Origin: Myxococcales bacterium
Lineage (GTDB): Bacteria; Myxococcota_A; UBA9042
NCBI GenBank assembly: GCA_037441385.1
Contig: JBBISH010000004.1
Span: 86,659-150,658 of the forward strand
Reading direction: 5' to 3'
DNA: 64,000 nucleotides
The translations under genes and the position numbers were made by a program. The first letter of the stretch is position 1; the number at the start of each line of letters is the position of its first letter. A model generated the notes under the pieces. The model searched no databases and was not told the DNA's origin. It saw only the letters and a list, made by a program, of their open reading frames with translations. This document shows, piece by piece, positions 27,783-35,806 of the stretch.

Positions 27783-29128
27783 GGCGCCACCGTGTCGCGG
27801 GGGAAAAGCGCGACCATGTCGGCGGGTTTGTAGCGCCCCACCAGCTCGACCACCTGCCGCTCCAGCTCGTCGCGCTCGACCCGTAGGTCGCGAAGTTCGC
27901 GGCGCAGCGAGAAGATCCGCAGGCTGGTGGTGAGCAGCCGCTGCAACGCCAGACCGCGTTCCAACACCCGCAGGGTCGCAAGCCCCGATACGGGCATCAG
28001 AATCGCCGCCGCAATCGCCGCCCCGCTGCCCCAGAGGTGCCACGCCGCGCCCACAAAGGCCGCCGCCACCGCCGGCATCGCCAGCAGGCCCATCAGCAGC
28101 TTGGTCGTGGCCACCACGTCTTTGCGGGGCGAAACCAGCGGACCGGCAAAGCGAATCGCCAAGCCGATCGGCGCGTGGAGCACCCCGCCCGCCAGCGCCA
28201 GCGGCAGCCACAGGCCCAGCAGCGCCAGGTGCCCCACCGAGCGACCCAGCAACTCGAGCGGGCGCCAATTGCGCGTCAGGTCGCGGTCGCGCAACCCCGC
28301 GGCCTCCAACCGCTCTAGCCACGCCTGCACCCGCGCGAACAGGGCCGCCACCTCAGGCTTGTCGGCAATGGTGGCGTAGACCGCGGTGAAGCGCCGCGCC
28401 AGCTCGACGCGCGCCTCGAACGAGATCCCTCGCGGTTGGTAGAGTCGCCGCACCGCGTCCAGCACGCGCAGGGTCGGCCAATCGCAGGCGTTGATGGTCA
28501 AGCCGCGCAACCCTGCGTCCAGGCTGGCGGTCAGCGCCCGTCCGGCGCCAAAGAGGTCGTTGCGGGCCTGTTCCACCAGCGCATCGTCGATCGTCACCGG
28601 CACGCCAAATTGCACCAAGACCCGGCTGCGAAACCGCTTGGCGCGCATGTAGTTCAGCCCCACTGGCACCAAGACAGGCCGCACTCCGCTCACCAGCGCG
28701 GTCTGCAGGGCGATGCGCGCCGCCCCCGTCTTCAGGTCGTGCAAGTGGGCGTCGTCGTGCGACAATCCCTCTGGAAAGATGCCCATCGCCCCGCCGCCCG
28801 CCAACACACCGGTCAGGGTCGCAAAGGCATCCGCATTGTCGCCGCCGCCGGCGTGATCCGCTTTGCGGGCAATCGGCACCGCTCCCAGACCGGCCAGCAC
28901 CGGCCGCAGCAGCGCACTGCGAAACAGCACGTCTTTGGCGGCAAAACGCACCTGGCGCGGCGTCACGGCGACCAGCAGCGCCGGATCGATCAGGGAATTG
29001 GGGTGGTTGCCGGCCAGGATCAGCGCCCCATCGGCTGGCACGTGCTCGTCGCCCACCACGGCAATTTCGCGAAAAAACACCCGCAAGGCCGTGGCCAACA
29101 CGCCGCGCAGGGCAGAATACAGCGACAC
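27779..29128 (-). CDS. PlsC-family phospholipid/glycerol acyltransferase
   Basis: NHPNSLID, FAAK, IFPEG, LKTGAAR and VPVGLNY motifs; C-terminal TMs. Confidence 0.92.
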   Translation of the reverse strand: MSLYSALRGVLATALRVFFREIAVVGDEHVPADGALILAGNHPNSLIDPALLVAVTPRQVRFAAKDVLFRSALLRPVLAGLGAVPIARKADHAGGGDNADAFATLTGVLAGGGAMGIFPEGLSHDDAHLHDLKTGAARIALQTALVSGVRPVLVPVGLNYMRAKRFRSRVLVQFGVPVTIDDALVEQARNDLFGAGRALTASLDAGLRGLTINACDWPTLRVLDAVRRLYQPRGISFEARVELARRFTAVYATIADKPEVAALFARVQAWLERLEAAGLRDRDLTRNWRPLELLGRSVGHLALLGLWLPLALAGGVLHAPIGLAIRFAGPLVSPRKDVVATTKLLMGLLAMPAVAAAFVGAAWHLWGSGAAIAAAILMPVSGLATLRVLERGLALQRLLTTSLRIFSLRRELRDLRVERDELERQVVELVGRYKPADMVALFPRDTVAP

Positions 29129-29208
29129 GCGATCCTCCCGTTGGGCGTGGTGGGTGCAAGCGAGCTGCCGCCCGTGAAGCTACCTGGGTTCGCCAGGGCG
29201 GGCAAGCG

Positions 29209-29315
29209 GCAATTCCGTCGCCGCAATTCCGTCGCGGCAATTCCGTCGCCGCATTTCCGTCGCCGCAATTCCGTCGCGGCAATTCCGTCGCCGCATTTCC
29301 GTCGCCGCAATTCCG
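29209..29315. repeat. 14-bp VNTR, about 7.6 copies of GCAWTTCCGTCGCS
   Basis: Units start at 29209, 29223, 29237, 29251, 29265, 29279, 29293 and 29307 (partial); variant order A-B-A-C-B-A-C gives a 42-bp higher-order period. Confidence 0.97.
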
Positions 29316-29362
29316 CGGCGCGCGCGCGGACATGATCCCGCTGTCAGGGTGCAGCACGCGGC

Positions 29363-29378
29363 TGGCACGGATTTCGCA
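29363..29378 (+). promoter_or_regulatory. sigma54 (-24/-12) promoter
   Basis: TGGCACGGATTTCGCA (GG-N10-GC), ending 65 nt upstream of ATG 29444. Confidence 0.7.
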
Positions 29379-29443
29379 ACTGTCCAGGGTACCGCCCGGC
29401 CCGTGGGCGGCCCGTGCGCGACGCGCCAAGGTCAAACGACACC

Positions 29444-29644
29444 ATGCAACCCGTTGATAATCGATGGCTCTTTGTCCCTGTCAGCCTGGCCGTGGTGGGC
29501 CTGCTGGCCAGCCTGTGGAGCGCGCTGGGCCCCGATCCGCGCCCCGAGCGTGCCAATTTGGCACAAGACAGCGAAGAGGCGAGCCCTTCTGACGCACCGG
29601 CTGTCACGCCCGCACCGGCCGCCGTCCGTACTGCCAAACGCTGA
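29444..29644 (+). CDS. 66-aa small protein with an N-terminal hydrophobic segment
   Basis: MQPVDNRWLFVPVSLAVVGLLASLWSALG...; sigma54 promoter upstream; a repeat copy starts at its stop codon, as for neighbouring genes. Confidence 0.55.
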   Translation: MQPVDNRWLFVPVSLAVVGLLASLWSALGPDPRPERANLAQDSEEASPSDAPAVTPAPAAVRTAKR

Positions 29645-29771
29645 CACGAACCCCACCTGATTCACGCCTAGACGATTTCTGTAACCCGTTCTGCAACTGG
29701 CGAGAATCAGGCGGGGACCCCGGTTCGGGCCCGCAGAGTGGCGCACGTTTTCGATCCGATTTGAACGGTCC
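29644..29771 (+). repeat. ~128-bp repeat, copy 4
   Basis: ACACGAACCCCACCTGATTCACGCC...GGCGAGAATCAGGCGGGGACCCCGGTTCGGGCCCG...TTTTCGATCCGATTTGAACGG; lies between convergent genes. Confidence 0.95.
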
Positions 29772-29783
29772 CGGCAGGACGCG

Positions 29784-31256
29784 CTACCAAGCCGCCGGAT
29801 CGAACCAGCGATCCACGTCTGGCCCAAAGTACCCAGAAAGATGCTGGTACTCGTTGGCGTGCGGGTCGTAGCGGTAGTCGGCCGCCCAGGCTGGACCGTG
29901 CCCGGCGATGGCGGCAATGGCCTGCAGGCAGGTGGCCAACTCGGCAGATCGGAAGAGCACATGCAGCGAAATCCGCACCCAGCCTGGCTTTTCGGACAGG
30001 TCGCCGTGGTCGATGCCGGTGGTGATGCGCTGCGAGCGCTCGGGATCGACGTGCAGCAAGTAGTGGCCATAGGTACCGGCGCACGAACATCCGCCGCGCG
30101 CCTGGATGCCAAACCGGTCGCTGAGCAGCCGCACCACCAGGTTGTAGTGCAAGCCCTGTAGATAGAACGAGAAAATCGGCAGCCGCTGCCGGATACCCGG
30201 CGCCAGCAGGTGCAGGCCTGGGATGCGCGCCAACCCAGCCAGCATCTGCTCGGTTAGCTGGTGCTCGCGCGCCTGCATGGCCGCCACGCCCATCTCATCC
30301 TTGAGCCGGACCGCCATCGCCGCACGAATCGCCTGTAGGAATCCAGGAGTACCCGCGTCCTCGCGTGCCTCGATATCTGGCAGGAACGCGTAGCCGCCCC
30401 ACGGGTTGGTCCACGCCACGGTGCCGCCGCCCGACTCGTCCGGCACGGTGTTCTGGTACAGCGAACGATGGAACACCAGCACGCCGGCCGAACCCGGCCC
30501 GCCCAGGAACTTGTGCGGCGAAAACAACACCGCGTCCAGGCGTTGCAGCGGATCGGCCGGGTGCATGTCGATCGCCACGTAGGGCGCCGACGCCGCAAAA
30601 TCGACAAAGGCCACGCCACCGGCGCGGTGCATCGCCGCCGCCAGCTGCGGGTACGGCGTCATGGCGCCGGTGACATTGGAACAGGCCGTAAACGAACCAA
30701 TCTTCAGCGGGCGCTCGCGGTACTTGGCCAACAGCGCCTCCAGCGAAGCCACGCTCACCAGCCCGGTCGCATCGGGCTCGATGACCTCTACGTCGGCCAG
30801 CGTCTCGTACCAGCTGGTGTGGTTGCTGTGGTGCTCCATGTGCGTCACGAACACCACCGGGCGCTCGCGCTCGGGCACCTGGATGTAACGCCGCAAACCT
30901 TCTGGCGCTTTCAGCCCCAGGAGCCGCTGTAGCTTGTTGACCGCACCGGTCATCCCCGAACCGACGGTCAGGATCAAGTCCTCGTCGCTGGCGCCCACGT
31001 GGGCCTTCAAGGTCGCATGGGCGCGGTGATAGGCGCGCGTCATGGCCTGGCCGGTCGCCGACGCCTCACTATGGGTATTGCCCAGCCAAGGCCCAATTAT
31101 TTCAGTCAGTTGACGCTCGATCGGCGCGTACAAACGCCCACTGGCTGTCCAGTCGGCATAGAGCAGCCGCGGCTGGCCGTAGGGCGTGTCCAAGTGCGCG
31201 TCGTAGCCTACGATCTGCTTGGCGTGGGCCTGGAACGGAGCGGCGTGATCGGCCAT
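29784..31256 (-). CDS. Class V PLP aminotransferase (cysteine desulfurase/selenocysteine lyase-like)
   Basis: YADWTASGR, EHHSN, SNVTG, SPHKFLGGPG and RGGCSCAGTYGH; start at ATG 31256 rather than the track start. Confidence 0.93.
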   Translation of the reverse strand: MADHAAPFQAHAKQIVGYDAHLDTPYGQPRLLYADWTASGRLYAPIERQLTEIIGPWLGNTHSEASATGQAMTRAYHRAHATLKAHVGASDEDLILTVGSGMTGAVNKLQRLLGLKAPEGLRRYIQVPERERPVVFVTHMEHHSNHTSWYETLADVEVIEPDATGLVSVASLEALLAKYRERPLKIGSFTACSNVTGAMTPYPQLAAAMHRAGGVAFVDFAASAPYVAIDMHPADPLQRLDAVLFSPHKFLGGPGSAGVLVFHRSLYQNTVPDESGGGTVAWTNPWGGYAFLPDIEAREDAGTPGFLQAIRAAMAVRLKDEMGVAAMQAREHQLTEQMLAGLARIPGLHLLAPGIRQRLPIFSFYLQGLHYNLVVRLLSDRFGIQARGGCSCAGTYGHYLLHVDPERSQRITTGIDHGDLSEKPGWVRISLHVLFRSAELATCLQAIAAIAGHGPAWAADYRYDPHANEYQHLSGYFGPDVDRWFDPAAW

Positions 31257-31354
31257 GTCTACCTTGCATCGCCGCAGACTGCGGCGCACGGCCAGCATAG
31301 CGCAGTGCGGCCCCACCGGACATGGAGCCCGCGCAAGGTGGCGAGGTTCGCCCC

Positions 31355-31397
31355 AAAACGCCACAACCCCAGGCACCTTGCGGGGCCTGGGGTCGCG
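31355..31397 (-). terminator. Probable intrinsic terminator after the cytochrome c gene
   Basis: Minus strand ACCCCAGGCCCC-GCAA-GGTGCCTGGGGT followed by TGTGGCGTTTT. Confidence 0.55.
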
Positions 31398-31438
31398 ACT
31401 AGCCTTGCGGCAGAGACTGCGAAGTGCAGCGAGTCGGC

Positions 31439-31738
31439 TTACTTGCCGCCCAGCTTCTTGAACTTCTCCAGGCCGTCCTTGGTCAGCTTGAACTCGGGGG
31501 CCAGGTTCTCGTGGCAGCTCTTGCAGGCGATGGTGGCGTCGGTCTTCTTGGCTTCGGCAACCCAAGCCTTGAACGCCTTCTTGGCTTCTTCCTGGCCACC
31601 CTTCTTGCAGGCTTCTTCGGCCAGCTTGGTCTCGAACTTGGTCAGCTTGCAGGGCGCGGCGGCCGGAGCATCGGCCATGGCCATGCCAGCGCCCACAACC
31701 ATCAGACCAGCCGCCAGAATCATCGCGAACTTCTTCAT
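31439..31738 (-). CDS. Small secreted monoheme c-type cytochrome
   Basis: GGAGG RBS, signal peptide (..AGMAMA), CKSCH near the C-terminus, Lys-rich. Confidence 0.85.
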   Translation of the reverse strand: MKKFAMILAAGLMVVGAGMAMADAPAAAPCKLTKFETKLAEEACKKGGQEEAKKAFKAWVAEAKKTDATIACKSCHENLAPEFKLTKDGLEKFKKLGGK

Positions 31739-32090
31739 CTTCTTGCCTCCTCCGGCGCGTCAGCGGGCACCCTGCCCCCTTCTTCGTCGGCTCTTTCTGC
31801 AGCCCGCTCGCAACCCCGAACGTCTGCTTCACCAGAGCGGGACCAGCGCCTCTGCGGTCCGCTCTTGCACCTGTAACGTGGGGGCCGTCACCTGGATTCA
31901 CCGCTAGTAAACCAGCAAGTAAATCAGGTCCCTCTTTGACGGCCGCACCAGCCGGTGCGCGTGAACGTTCGGAAACCCCTGTAAATGTGTCAGAATTTGG
32001 CGCGAGCCAGCGACACTGCGGCGCATCTTATGCGGTTTTGCTGCCCGGCCGGAAGCCCCGTGCGACGCAAACGTGACAAATCGAGCCGAT

Positions 32091-32123
32091 TCGGATGAAA
32101 CTCGGATGAAACTCGGATGAAAC
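32091..32123. repeat. 11-bp tandem repeat x3 (TCGGATGAAAC)
   Basis: Copies at 32091, 32102 and 32113, just downstream of pgm. Confidence 0.9.
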
Positions 32124-32143
32124 GGTGACCCAGCCGGCCGCGC

Positions 32144-33781
32144 CTAGCCCTGGTCCAGCCCAAGCAGGCGATCCAGCTCTTGCGAGGCCGTGCGGGCCTC
32201 TTGCAGGCTTTCGCCGCGCACTTCGCGATAATCCTTGATGATATCCTCGGTACCCGAGGCGCGCTTCAGGACCCACGTGCCGCTCTGCAGCACGACCTTG
32301 ACGCCGTCGCCCACCCGCACGCGCTCGATCGCACGGCCGGCGACCCGCTGACCCTGCAGCAAGGCTTCGACTTCGTTGGGGTTCTTTGCCAGCCACCCCA
32401 GGCGGGCCTTGCGGGCGGCGCTCGCGGGCGTGTCGACCCGTTCGTAGGCGTGCGGTCCGTGGCGGGCAGTCAGATCGGCGTACAGCGTGCCGATGTCTTT
32501 GCCGGTGCGCGCGATCACCTCCATGATCAAGAGCACGGCGGCGATGCCGTCCTTCTCGGCGACCCAGGTGCGGCCATCGCGGCGCGGTAGGCTCAGGCCC
32601 GCGCTCTCTTCGCCAGCCAGGACGTAGCGGCCGCTGCGCAACCCTTGGACGTACCACTTGAAGCCTACGTCGACCTCGTGGACGGCGCGGCCGTGCTCGG
32701 CGGCGATCCGGTCGATCAGGTGGCTGGTGCCGATGGTGCGGCCCACTTCGCGCGCTGCGTCGTACTGGCGGATGCGGCATAGTTGGTCAAAGAGCACGCA
32801 CAACACTTGATTGGGATTGAGAACCCCACAACCGTCCTCGCCGCCAAAGCGATCGGCGTCGTTGTCGTTGGCGCCCAAGAACGGCACGCCGCAGCGCTGG
32901 CGCAGGCCCGCCACCGCCGCCATCACGTAGGGCGACGACGGATCGCCGCGCAACTTGCCGTCCCAATCGTAGGTGCGGGTGGCGCTGGCCGGATCGGGCT
33001 CGGGCTGCACCACCTGGATGTCCAACCCGTAGCGCGCGGCCACCGCCTCGTAGTAGCCATGCGCCGATCCCCCCAGCGGCGTGGCGGCGAACTTGGTACC
33101 CTTGAACACGCTGAAATCGATGACGTTCTGTAGGTCTTCGACGTAGGGGCCCAACAGGTCGACCTCGACGATGCGGCCCCGGCGCAGACCGCTCTGCCAG
33201 TCCATGCGCTCCACCGGCTCGCGGCCCTGCAAGATCGCGTTGGCGCGCTCGTCGATGGCGGCGGTGCGGGTGTTGGGGCCGCCGTCACGTCCGTTGCTTT
33301 TGTAGCCCGCGTCCTCGGGCGGATTGTGCGACGCGGTTACGATCGCGCCCTCGGCGTTGTCGCCGCGCGCTTGGGCCGCCAAGATCGCGTGCGAGATCAC
33401 GGGAGTCGGCGTGGACCGCCCACCGCGCTGGACGCGCACTTCAAAGCCATTTCCCGCGAACACCTCGGCGGCCGTCTGCAGGGCGTAGTCGCTGGTAAAG
33501 CGCACGTCCTTGCCCAGGTAGATCGGCCCAGGGGCGGCGGCCGGAAGATCGGCCAGATCGGGGCCGAACGTGCCACGCTGCTTGCGGATATCGCACAGCG
33601 CTTGAGTCATGGCGGCGACGTGCGCTTCGCAGAAACCGGCCCCCGTCAAGCCGCGATGGCCGCTGGTGCCGTTCTTGATCGGCGCCAAGCCGTCGGGGTT
33701 GCTGAAGTACCGCTCCTGCATTTCGGCTTGGGCGACAAGGTCTTTGGCCAGCGGCCGGGTTCCGGCCAGGGGATGCGTCAT
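32144..33781 (-). CDS. pgm: Phosphoglucomutase
   Basis: GTSGHRG, TPTPVISH, TASHNPP, DGKLRGDPSS, NDNDADR, VGFKW, GEESAG and RASGTE motifs. Confidence 0.92.
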   Translation of the reverse strand: MTHPLAGTRPLAKDLVAQAEMQERYFSNPDGLAPIKNGTSGHRGLTGAGFCEAHVAAMTQALCDIRKQRGTFGPDLADLPAAAPGPIYLGKDVRFTSDYALQTAAEVFAGNGFEVRVQRGGRSTPTPVISHAILAAQARGDNAEGAIVTASHNPPEDAGYKSNGRDGGPNTRTAAIDERANAILQGREPVERMDWQSGLRRGRIVEVDLLGPYVEDLQNVIDFSVFKGTKFAATPLGGSAHGYYEAVAARYGLDIQVVQPEPDPASATRTYDWDGKLRGDPSSPYVMAAVAGLRQRCGVPFLGANDNDADRFGGEDGCGVLNPNQVLCVLFDQLCRIRQYDAAREVGRTIGTSHLIDRIAAEHGRAVHEVDVGFKWYVQGLRSGRYVLAGEESAGLSLPRRDGRTWVAEKDGIAAVLLIMEVIARTGKDIGTLYADLTARHGPHAYERVDTPASAARKARLGWLAKNPNEVEALLQGQRVAGRAIERVRVGDGVKVVLQSGTWVLKRASGTEDIIKDYREVRGESLQEARTASQELDRLLGLDQG

Positions 33782-34021
33782 GGCGAACTCGCAGACGCCG
33801 CCAGGTTCAGCGGCCGCGACAGCATGGCAGCACTGCCGCGCGCTGCAAGGGGTGGGCTACAGACCGGCCGCGCGCCCCCCACACCCAACGCTCCACACCG
33901 TCAATTTGTGTGCAAAAGTAGCTTGCGGGCTGACGGGTTGCAGTGTACGGTCACAGCAGTGGAGTGCGATCCTGTGGCGTCAGGCGACTGGCATCACCGG
34001 CGGTTGAGTGCGGAGGTCGTC

Positions 34022-35779
34022 GTGCGCAAGCCCTTGCTGTCGCTGACTATTCTTGCTCGGAGTCTCTGCATCTTGCTGACCCTGGCGGCGCTGGGCGCGT
34101 GCAGCGTGCAAGAACCGGGGCCCGCAACCGTGGGCAACCAAGGGCAGACCGCCGTGCTCAAGCACCGGCCGCACGCCTTTGAAGGCCGCCATCCCGACGA
34201 GACCCTGAACACCTTCCCCACCTATGTGGGTCCCGTCCCGCAAGAGCGCGGCCAAGATCTGCGCCCGCCCGAGATGCCGCCGCCGGACCACAAGGCGACG
34301 GCGACTACCACCGTGCCCGCCGGTACGCTGGTGCTGTACGACAAGACGGGCCCGTACGGCTGGTTGGGCGAACTGTACGGCATCGCGGCCGTGACGCTGG
34401 CCGGCCACTTTGGCACCGTGGCGAGCAAGCCGGTGGCCAACTACGTGGTGGGCGATCTGGCCAAATACAAGGCGGTGATCTACGTGGGTTCTACGTACGA
34501 CGAGCCGCTGCCGGTCGGGTTCTTGGACGATGTCTTGAAGAGCAGCTCGGCCACGCAGGTGCTGTGGATGTACGACAACATCTGGCAGCTGGCGAATCGC
34601 TCGACCAGTTTTGCGAGTACCTACGGCTACAACCCGTACCTGTTCGACACCGCGACGGTCACCACCGTGACCTACAAGGGCACCGATCTGGCGCGCGATC
34701 CGCTCAACGGCGGCGGCCTGATGACCTTTACCCAAGTCGACACCACCAAGGTGACGACCCTGGCCACCGCCCGCAAAAGCACGGGCGCCACCTTGCCCTG
34801 GGCAGTGCGCAGCAAGAACCTGACGTATTTCACAGAGATTCCGTTTGCCTACATCGGCCCCAATGACCGCTACCTGGCCTTTTGCGATCTGCTCTACGAG
34901 GCCCTGGCGCCCACCACCGCGGTCCGCCATCGGGCGCTGGTGCGCTTGGAAGACGTGAGCCCGGCCGAGGACCCGGTGGCGTTCAAGGCGATCGTCGACT
35001 ATTTGTACAGCGCCGGAGTGCCGTTCTCGGTCGCCCTCATCCCCACCTACACCGATCCGCTGGGCTACTACAACGGCGGCAAGGCGCAGACCCTGAAGTG
35101 GAGCGATCGTCCGCAGATGAAGGCGGCCATCACGTACGCCACCAGCCGCGGCGGTACGCTGGTCCTGCACGGCAACACCCACCAGTTCAGCACCAAGTAC
35201 AACCCGTATTCGGCCGTCAGCGCCGACGATTTCGAGTTCTTTGCCGCGCACGTCGACGCGAGCAACAACGTCGTCTACGACGGCGCGGTCGCTGGCGACT
35301 CGGCCACCTACGCGGCGGGACGCATCACGACGGGTCTGAACACGGTGGCCACGGCCGGCTTTGCCGCGCCCACGATCTTCGAATTTCCCCACTACGCCGG
35401 CTCGCCGACCGATGCCAAGGCCATCCGCAGCAAGTTCGCCACCGTGTACCACCGCGGGCTGTACTTCAGCGGCGGCTTGGGCCTGAATGCCGAGAATCTG
35501 GCGCACATGATCGGTCTGTACTACCCCTATACTGTCAACGACATCTATGGCTTCAAGGTCCTGCCAGAGAACCTGGGCAACTACGAACCAGAGGCCTACA
35601 ACAACCACCCGCCGCGCCTGGCCGCCGATCTGGTGGCGACCGCCAAGAAAAACCTGGTGGTGCGCGATGGCGTGGCCAGCTTCTTCTTCCACCCCTACTA
35701 CCCGCTGTCCGAGCTGAAGGCGATCGTCCAGGGCGTCAAGTCGCTGGGCTACACCTTTGTCGCGCCGTCGGCCATGTAG
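34022..35779 (+). CDS. DUF2334 / polysaccharide deacetylase-type lipoprotein
   Basis: GTG after GGAGG; lipobox LGAC; VRLEDV, LHGNTHQ, DDFEF, FEFPHY, PENLGN and SFFFHP motifs. Confidence 0.88.
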   Translation: MRKPLLSLTILARSLCILLTLAALGACSVQEPGPATVGNQGQTAVLKHRPHAFEGRHPDETLNTFPTYVGPVPQERGQDLRPPEMPPPDHKATATTTVPAGTLVLYDKTGPYGWLGELYGIAAVTLAGHFGTVASKPVANYVVGDLAKYKAVIYVGSTYDEPLPVGFLDDVLKSSSATQVLWMYDNIWQLANRSTSFASTYGYNPYLFDTATVTTVTYKGTDLARDPLNGGGLMTFTQVDTTKVTTLATARKSTGATLPWAVRSKNLTYFTEIPFAYIGPNDRYLAFCDLLYEALAPTTAVRHRALVRLEDVSPAEDPVAFKAIVDYLYSAGVPFSVALIPTYTDPLGYYNGGKAQTLKWSDRPQMKAAITYATSRGGTLVLHGNTHQFSTKYNPYSAVSADDFEFFAAHVDASNNVVYDGAVAGDSATYAAGRITTGLNTVATAGFAAPTIFEFPHYAGSPTDAKAIRSKFATVYHRGLYFSGGLGLNAENLAHMIGLYYPYTVNDIYGFKVLPENLGNYEPEAYNNHPPRLAADLVATAKKNLVVRDGVASFFFHPYYPLSELKAIVQGVKSLGYTFVAPSAM

Positions 35780-35806
35780 CGTACCCCGCCCGCGAGCCTG
35801 CCCGCC

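Noticed and set aside
27783..28322. Extension of the hydrolase ORF to 404 aa
   Set aside because: It overlaps the acyltransferase; the GTGA-coupled start at 27782 fits better.
29209..29315. Possible CRISPR array
   Set aside because: The 14-bp units are contiguous with no spacers, and there are no cas genes; it is a VNTR.
31257..31901. N-terminal extension of the 705-aa aminotransferase ORF
   Set aside because: It spans the cytochrome c gene in another frame and its terminator; homology begins at ATG 31256.
32040..32090. GACGCAAAC resembling part of a c-di-GMP-I riboswitch
   Set aside because: The upstream GGCAAAC/GNRA stem is missing and it is not positioned 5' of a co-oriented gene.
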